From a virus (lineage: Duplodnaviria > Caudoviricetes), in IMG/VR virus record IMGVR_UViG_3300037440_000936, positions 1 to 28,701 of that record: a stretch of 28,701 nt of DNA, one strand, 5' to 3'. This document shows positions 23,870-28,701 of this stretch, piece after piece. Below the pieces are notes generated by a model. The model made no database searches, had not been told where the DNA came from, and worked only from the letters and a program-made list of their open reading frames with translations. Each line of letters begins with the position of its first letter. Position 1 is the stretch's first letter. A program made the position numbers and the translations under genes.

Positions 23870-25156
23870 TTAAAGCGCCATGACCACGTCGGCCGTGACC
23901 CGTTCCTCGCCCATTTCCCAGGCCAGGTTCATGGCCCGGGTGACATAGGTGTTGACCAGCCCGGGATAGGCGTTCGATATTTTCCGGTCCCGGTTGTCCT
24001 TGGCCGTGAGCCGCAGGCTAATGGCCTCGAAAAAATCCTCGGCGAAAATATTCTTGATGTCCGCGCCGATGCGTTTGAACTTGAATTCCAGGTAGTTCCG
24101 CAGACTCCCGTTCAATCCCTTGATTTCCGCAACCTGGATTCTGCGGATGACCTCCCGCAGGTCGGGGTATTGCTTTTCATCGAGCAGATCGCGCAGCTCG
24201 GTCTGGCCGATGATGATGACGGACATCAACTTGCGGAAACCGTCTTCGAGTTCGTGGAACTGCTTCAGGTATTTGAGGGCCACCTTGGTGAGGTTATGCG
24301 CCTCCTCGATGATCAGGACATGCTTCATCCCCTGGTTGGAGCGCTGAATCAGCAACCGCTCCAGTTGGCGGACCTTGTGCTCGGTCTTGATCTTGGGTTT
24401 CTCGTCCGAGATATCCATGATGATGGCGTCGCACAGACTGACCGCGTTGATCCGGGAATGGGTCGAATCGGCCAGGTTGATCTTGTGGCTGCGCGGATAG
24501 ATGATGGAGACACCCCCATCCTTCAGCAGGTTCTCCATCACCTTTTTGCGGATGGTGGATTTGCCGCTTTGCACCTCGCCGATAACGGCCAGAAAGCCGG
24601 AGTGCTGGGCCGCGTCCATGATGGCCGCCTCGATGTAGCGGTGCTCGTCGCTGAGGTAAATGTCCTTTTCACTGTTGACGTCATTCATGAACGGGTGCCT
24701 GAACAGCTTGAATTGTTTCATCGCTTCCGGATGCAGCATTTCGACCTCCCAATTGACGGTGATTTTTGTCGGATCGTCCAATTCGATCCCCTTCTGCTTC
24801 TGTCTGCCCTTTGCGGCGCCCTTTGCGGACCTCTTGCCATGGCCGGCGGGCATCGCCAGCCGCAGTTTCTCTTCTAGTGGCTGCCAGACCTGGGCGACCG
24901 TGAGCCTGCGCTCCAGCAGCCAGGCGGTGGCGCGGGGATTCTGGCGGACCAGGGTTTCCACGGCATCGCGGAACCCTTTGACGGTGGGGGGGATATATCC
25001 CCGGTTGACGCCCAGGTTGACCAGCCCCCGGGAGACGGGACGACCAAGCTCTTCCTCGATCCCCTTGGCCAGTTCGGACTGGGAGATGTCGCAGTCGATG
25101 ATCAACTGCTTGAGAGTGGTTGGTTCAAAGTCCATTTGGTACGCTGCTGCTGCCAC
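23870..25156 (-). CDS. Transposition AAA+ ATPase (MuB-equivalent, ExeA-like) with N-terminal HTH
   Basis: Walker A GEVQSGKST, Walker B LIIEEAH, IIIGQTEL and REVIRR motifs; GTG start with AGGAGG RBS; directly after the transposase gene. Confidence 0.92.
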   Translation of the reverse strand: MAAAAYQMDFEPTTLKQLIIDCDISQSELAKGIEEELGRPVSRGLVNLGVNRGYIPPTVKGFRDAVETLVRQNPRATAWLLERRLTVAQVWQPLEEKLRLAMPAGHGKRSAKGAAKGRQKQKGIELDDPTKITVNWEVEMLHPEAMKQFKLFRHPFMNDVNSEKDIYLSDEHRYIEAAIMDAAQHSGFLAVIGEVQSGKSTIRKKVMENLLKDGGVSIIYPRSHKINLADSTHSRINAVSLCDAIIMDISDEKPKIKTEHKVRQLERLLIQRSNQGMKHVLIIEEAHNLTKVALKYLKQFHELEDGFRKLMSVIIIGQTELRDLLDEKQYPDLREVIRRIQVAEIKGLNGSLRNYLEFKFKRIGADIKNIFAEDFFEAISLRLTAKDNRDRKISNAYPGLVNTYVTRAMNLAWEMGEERVTADVVMAL

Positions 25157-25182
25157 TTTTGACCTCCTCCTGTTGTTGATGA

Positions 25183-26865
25183 TTACAGCGCCGCCCGCCG
25201 GGGCTCGACTTCACGCCAGTCCTCGCCGGCGACAATGGCCCGGATGACCGCCTCGGCCGTCTTGACCTCGATGCTGCCGCCGAACGCCTCTTTGAGTTCC
25301 CGGTTCAGGCCGGGAGTGATACGCTCGACCTCGGCCCGCAGCTGCTTGAGGAATTCGACGATGCCGATTTCCTTGGCGACGATCTCCCGGCCCACCTCGA
25401 TTGCCGTACCCCGCCGGGGCATGGGGGTGGCGGCGACCTTGTCGGCCTGGTGGCCGAAGACCTGCAGCGTGCCGCCGAAGGGGATATCCCCCTTCTTCTT
25501 CTCCTCGCCGAAGGCCAGGTTCTGGTTGGCCTTGCGCACCTTCTGGACGGGGCTGTCCGGCTGGGCTTTGAACTCCTGGCCGATGATCGCGGCGTCGGCC
25601 GAAAACCCCCCGGCCAGGGTGCCGACGGGGTCGACCAGGTAGTCCACGTCGCCGAAACGCACCGCGACCTGCGGCCAGTGGTAGGGGCGCAGGATCACCA
25701 AAACCTTTTTGGCCGGGCGGATGCCGGGGATGTGCTTGAGGCGATAGCTCTGAGCGCGGAAGCTGATGGTGTTGTCGCCGGCCACGGTACGCTCAACCTC
25801 GGGTTCGGCGTAAAGATCGCGCAGGATCTCGTCGGTGGGCAGATCCCGCAGCTGCTCCTGGCGGATGGTGAGCCAGCAGTCGGTTCGGGCCATCTTGTGC
25901 CGGCGCATGACGCGGGTGCCGTTCCACCAGACGGCCCAGTCCATGGCCCAGGAGTTGAGTTCCTCGATGGTGGTGGCTGGTTCCAGGCGCAACCGGGCCT
26001 CGAAATGGGTCTCGACGATGTTCTGGGCCACCTCGGCCGAGCCCTGGCGGCGGGGGTTGTGGGGCATGTTCTTGGGAATTTCGATCTCCAGGCGCTCAAT
26101 CAGGGCGAGAATCGCCTTGGCGATGTTGGCGCTGCCGGCGTCCATCAGCAAGTACTTGGGGACTCCGCGAAAAGGGAGCTTTTCGTGGTGGCCGCCGCGC
26201 CAGGCGGCGGTGAGAAAATCGAAAGTAGTCGCCTGGTTCTCCCCGGCAGCCACGTAGTAGCGGGGGAAGATGAAGTGGCTGAAGTGGTCGGTGAGGATCA
26301 TCCGGATCAGCCGCTGCTTGATCTTGGCCATGTTGGCGGGCTTTTGCTCCCGGAAGTCGCGCTCGTCGATAATCCGCAGCCCCTTGCCGCCCTTGAGGTA
26401 ATACTGGATGCAGATCGAGGCGTCGAAGAGATGGACGTGGTTGGGGTGCAAGCTGGCCATGCGGATTGAGGGATCTACCCCGTCCAGGGCGGCGGCGTTC
26501 ATCTCCTTCTCGCGCAGGATCGCCTGCAGCCGCGCCTCGCTGATCTGCCCCTCGCGGATGACGCCGTTGTCGATGGCGATCCGCAGGGCCTCGCAGAGGG
26601 GCATGATCACCCCCTTGACCTCGCGGGAAGTCTCCTGCATCAGAGCGCTCACGAACTGCAGCTGCTCGCAGGTCAAGCCGCTCTTGAGCTCGCCCTTGTC
26701 CGCGCGGGCCTTGCGCCCGCTGTCGAAGCCGTGCTGGCCGGCGATGCGATAGAGCGTCGCCGGACTCTTGCCGGTCAGCGCCTGATATTCGGCGATGATG
26801 CGGTCCTTCTCGCCATTGACCGCCCTCCCGAGCCTGTCTGCCATTTCACGTTTCCAATCCATCAC
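25183..26865 (-). CDS. DDE transposase (MuA-equivalent, B3-type)
   Basis: RKARADKG, HPNHVHLFDASIC (D), GVPKYLLMDAGSAN (D) and NPRRQGSAEVAQNIVE (E) motifs. Confidence 0.93.
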   Translation of the reverse strand: MMDWKREMADRLGRAVNGEKDRIIAEYQALTGKSPATLYRIAGQHGFDSGRKARADKGELKSGLTCEQLQFVSALMQETSREVKGVIMPLCEALRIAIDNGVIREGQISEARLQAILREKEMNAAALDGVDPSIRMASLHPNHVHLFDASICIQYYLKGGKGLRIIDERDFREQKPANMAKIKQRLIRMILTDHFSHFIFPRYYVAAGENQATTFDFLTAAWRGGHHEKLPFRGVPKYLLMDAGSANIAKAILALIERLEIEIPKNMPHNPRRQGSAEVAQNIVETHFEARLRLEPATTIEELNSWAMDWAVWWNGTRVMRRHKMARTDCWLTIRQEQLRDLPTDEILRDLYAEPEVERTVAGDNTISFRAQSYRLKHIPGIRPAKKVLVILRPYHWPQVAVRFGDVDYLVDPVGTLAGGFSADAAIIGQEFKAQPDSPVQKVRKANQNLAFGEEKKKGDIPFGGTLQVFGHQADKVAATPMPRRGTAIEVGREIVAKEIGIVEFLKQLRAEVERITPGLNRELKEAFGGSIEVKTAEAVIRAIVAGEDWREVEPRRAAL

Positions 26866-26886
26866 ATCACTCCCGAGGTCGGATGA

Positions 26887-28074
26887 TCAGCTCTTCTTTG
26901 CCTTCGCCCGCGCGTCCGCCAGAGAGTCGCCGAGAGATTCCGCGACATCCCGCAGGTTCGGCTGCACCCAGCCCGGCGAATCCATCTCGGCGTCGCCGTA
27001 GATATCCCCGGCGGTGTCGTGGGCGGCGACGATCGCCCTGCGGAAGTAGCCGAGGGTCTCCATCAGGGCCGCCTTCATGCGGGGGGTCGCATCATCCGGG
27101 AGGGGGTTTCGGTCGGGATCGAACTGCATCAGGAAGCCGTCGATGGTGGTGCGGGCGTTGGTGCATTTCTGGATATAGGCGTCTTCGTCGGCGGTGAGCC
27201 CTTTCGCTTGAGCCTGATTTTCATAGACGGCCAGGGCCTTCTCCTGCCGGTGGATCAGCTGCTCCTTGCTTTCGAGCAGCCGCTCCTTCGTCCGGATCGT
27301 GGCGGCCTTCTCCTGGATCACCTGCTCCTTGGCGTCGAGCAGCCGCGCCATGGCCGCCTGCAGATCCTCGCGGTGGTCTGCATCGAGAGGGATCTCCTCA
27401 TCGCCGATGACCAGGATGCCGTCCTCGACCTGGAGGGCGCCTTCGTGGGTGAGTTGGCGGAGCTTCTTCATCTCTCGGTACCCGACGCGCAAACTGGAAA
27501 CCGTTTCCAAAAAATCAACTCCGAACGCTTCCAGGTTCAGCAGTTGTTCGTCTATGAGTCTTCTGGATTTCCCCAGCGAATCGCAGAACTTATCCCATGT
27601 TTCGATACCGGGAAGATCACGATAGAGCTTCGAGCCCTTCACATCCTTCAGCCACATCAAAGTGGAAACGGTTGCCAGTTTCCCGACCATGTCAACCGCC
27701 TGGATCCGCCCTATGAATTGGTGACACTCAGCAATGCGTCGCTCCTTGTCGGATTGTTCGTTTCGGGCGATCTCCACTTGCTTCCGCTCCACCTCGACCA
27801 CTTCCATGACCGCCTCGGAAACCGGGTCGAGCTGCTTTTGGGGTTTCTGCTCCTGGGCATACAGCTCCGCCAAGGTGGGCTTCTTTTGCAGCTGGCGCAA
27901 ACGCGTTTCCAGAGTCTTTTTCTTGGTCGCGTTCAGGGGTATCCCACCGTCCAGTGCCGCGCGGATGGTCGCCTCGTCGGCTCTTTCCAGAGCCCCTTTG
28001 AAATTGGCGTCGGATGTCGGCACTTCCAGCCACTTTAAAATCTCCTGATTGATGTCATTGGTCGCCATCGTCAT
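26887..28074 (-). CDS. Conserved early protein of B3-like transposable phages (DUF3102-like)
   Basis: TWDKFCDSLGKSRRLIDEQLLNLEAFG.DFLE...GYREMKKLRQL motif plus coiled coil; directly upstream of the transposase gene. Confidence 0.7.
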   Translation of the reverse strand: MTMATNDINQEILKWLEVPTSDANFKGALERADEATIRAALDGGIPLNATKKKTLETRLRQLQKKPTLAELYAQEQKPQKQLDPVSEAVMEVVEVERKQVEIARNEQSDKERRIAECHQFIGRIQAVDMVGKLATVSTLMWLKDVKGSKLYRDLPGIETWDKFCDSLGKSRRLIDEQLLNLEAFGVDFLETVSSLRVGYREMKKLRQLTHEGALQVEDGILVIGDEEIPLDADHREDLQAAMARLLDAKEQVIQEKAATIRTKERLLESKEQLIHRQEKALAVYENQAQAKGLTADEDAYIQKCTNARTTIDGFLMQFDPDRNPLPDDATPRMKAALMETLGYFRRAIVAAHDTAGDIYGDAEMDSPGWVQPNLRDVAESLGDSLADARAKAKKS

Positions 28075-28361
28075 ACCTCCAACTGTTTGAGTTCATCACT
28101 TGCCCGGTCGATCTGCCCCTGCAGCTGCGCCTTCTTGCGCGCCCAGAAGAGCGCCAACCCCATATCCAGTTCCCAGGCTCCGCCCACGCTGCGCACCAAC
28201 CGTTCATCCTCCAAGGTAGCGAGATGACACATCACCGTGCCGTGAGGAGCATCCACCGCTCGGGCCACATCCTGGCCGCTGACCGGCTGTTTCTGATCCG
28301 CTAAAAACCGCAGGATGGAGACGGTGACCTTGATTGCCGCGATGCGGTTGTAGCTGCTCAT
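28071..28361 (-). CDS. IclR-type winged-HTH DNA-binding protein
   Basis: ILRFLA...VSGQDVARAVDAPHGTVMCHLATLEDERLV; no effector domain. Confidence 0.8.
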   Translation of the reverse strand: MSSYNRIAAIKVTVSILRFLADQKQPVSGQDVARAVDAPHGTVMCHLATLEDERLVRSVGGAWELDMGLALFWARKKAQLQGQIDRASDELKQLEV

Positions 28362-28696
28362 CGCCGACCTCCTTTCTTCAAATCCTTCCGAAGCTTCTGT
28401 AACTCGCTCACGGTCTCATCGAGTTTGCCCAGCTGCAGCAGCCGGATCTCCGCCGATGTGGCGATCTGTGCCCCTTCGGCCGCCACGATGGTGGCCCCCG
28501 GTTCGATGATCCCCGTCACGTGATGGATGGCGTAGAGATAGTAGGCGGGGATCGGGTACTCGCACGGCTTGCTAAGATAGTTATTGAGCATGTGGATGGT
28601 CAACGGCTTGCGGCAGGCGGGCTGCTCGGCCTCGGCCGCCGCATCGCTGCGGCCGAAATAGTCGTTGATCCCGTCGACCAGCTGCTCGCGGCTCAT
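28358..28696 (-). CDS. Early regulatory protein (CII-like); true start may lie beyond the window
   Basis: MSREQLVD...MLNNYLS...IPAYYLYAI..VTG...LLQLGKL; the frame remains open at the right edge. Confidence 0.55.
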   Translation of the reverse strand: MSREQLVDGINDYFGRSDAAAEAEQPACRKPLTIHMLNNYLSKPCEYPIPAYYLYAIHHVTGIIEPGATIVAAEGAQIATSAEIRLLQLGKLDETVSELQKLRKDLKKGGRR

Positions 28697-28701
28697 CCCC
28701 G

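Larger units (their letters stand above)
1..28701 (-). mobile_element. Transposable (Mu/B3-like) myovirus prophage, internal portion; both ends outside the window
   Basis: Co-oriented DDE transposase, AAA+ ATPase, Gam, GemA and Mor followed by lysis, head, contractile tail and baseplate genes in Mu-like order, with extensive ATGA/TAATG gene overlaps. Confidence 0.96.

Noticed and set aside
1-28701. tRNA/rRNA genes, prophage att ends, repressor, invertase, mom or recognisable defence systems
   Set aside because: None were recognisable in this window; the ends and immunity region lie outside it

Overview
The whole window is the interior of a transposable (Mu/B3-like) myovirus prophage in a high-GC bacterium; the host cannot be determined from the window. 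Almost all genes are on the minus strand. From right to left the order is: early/transposition module (regulators, DDE transposase, AAA+ transposition ATPase, Gam, small accessory ORFs, GemA, Mor/C activator); a terminator and late promoter with a long structured leader; an unusual lysis cassette (lysozyme-fold endolysin candidate, phospholipase-A2-like protein, holin-lipoprotein fusion); terminase; portal-MuF fusion; protease/scaffold; capsid; neck; contractile tail (sheath, tube, chaperone with -1 frameshift, tape measure); and baseplate genes ending in a truncated baseplate J. The prophage ends, repressor and tail fibres lie outside the window. The most notable observations are: (i) a 40-aa antisense membrane-protein gene between the tail chaperone and tape measure with its own sigma70 promoter and an apparently leaderless start, a candidate superinfection-exclusion moron; (ii) a lysis cassette with no recognisable canonical spanin pair but with a PLA2-like gene and a holin carrying an internal lipobox; (iii) a ~210-nt six-hairpin leader carrying anti-Shine-Dalgarno motifs; and (iv) host-type GTAG REP elements and short tandem repeats in intergenic spacers. 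All product calls come from motifs and gene order read by eye; no database search was run.
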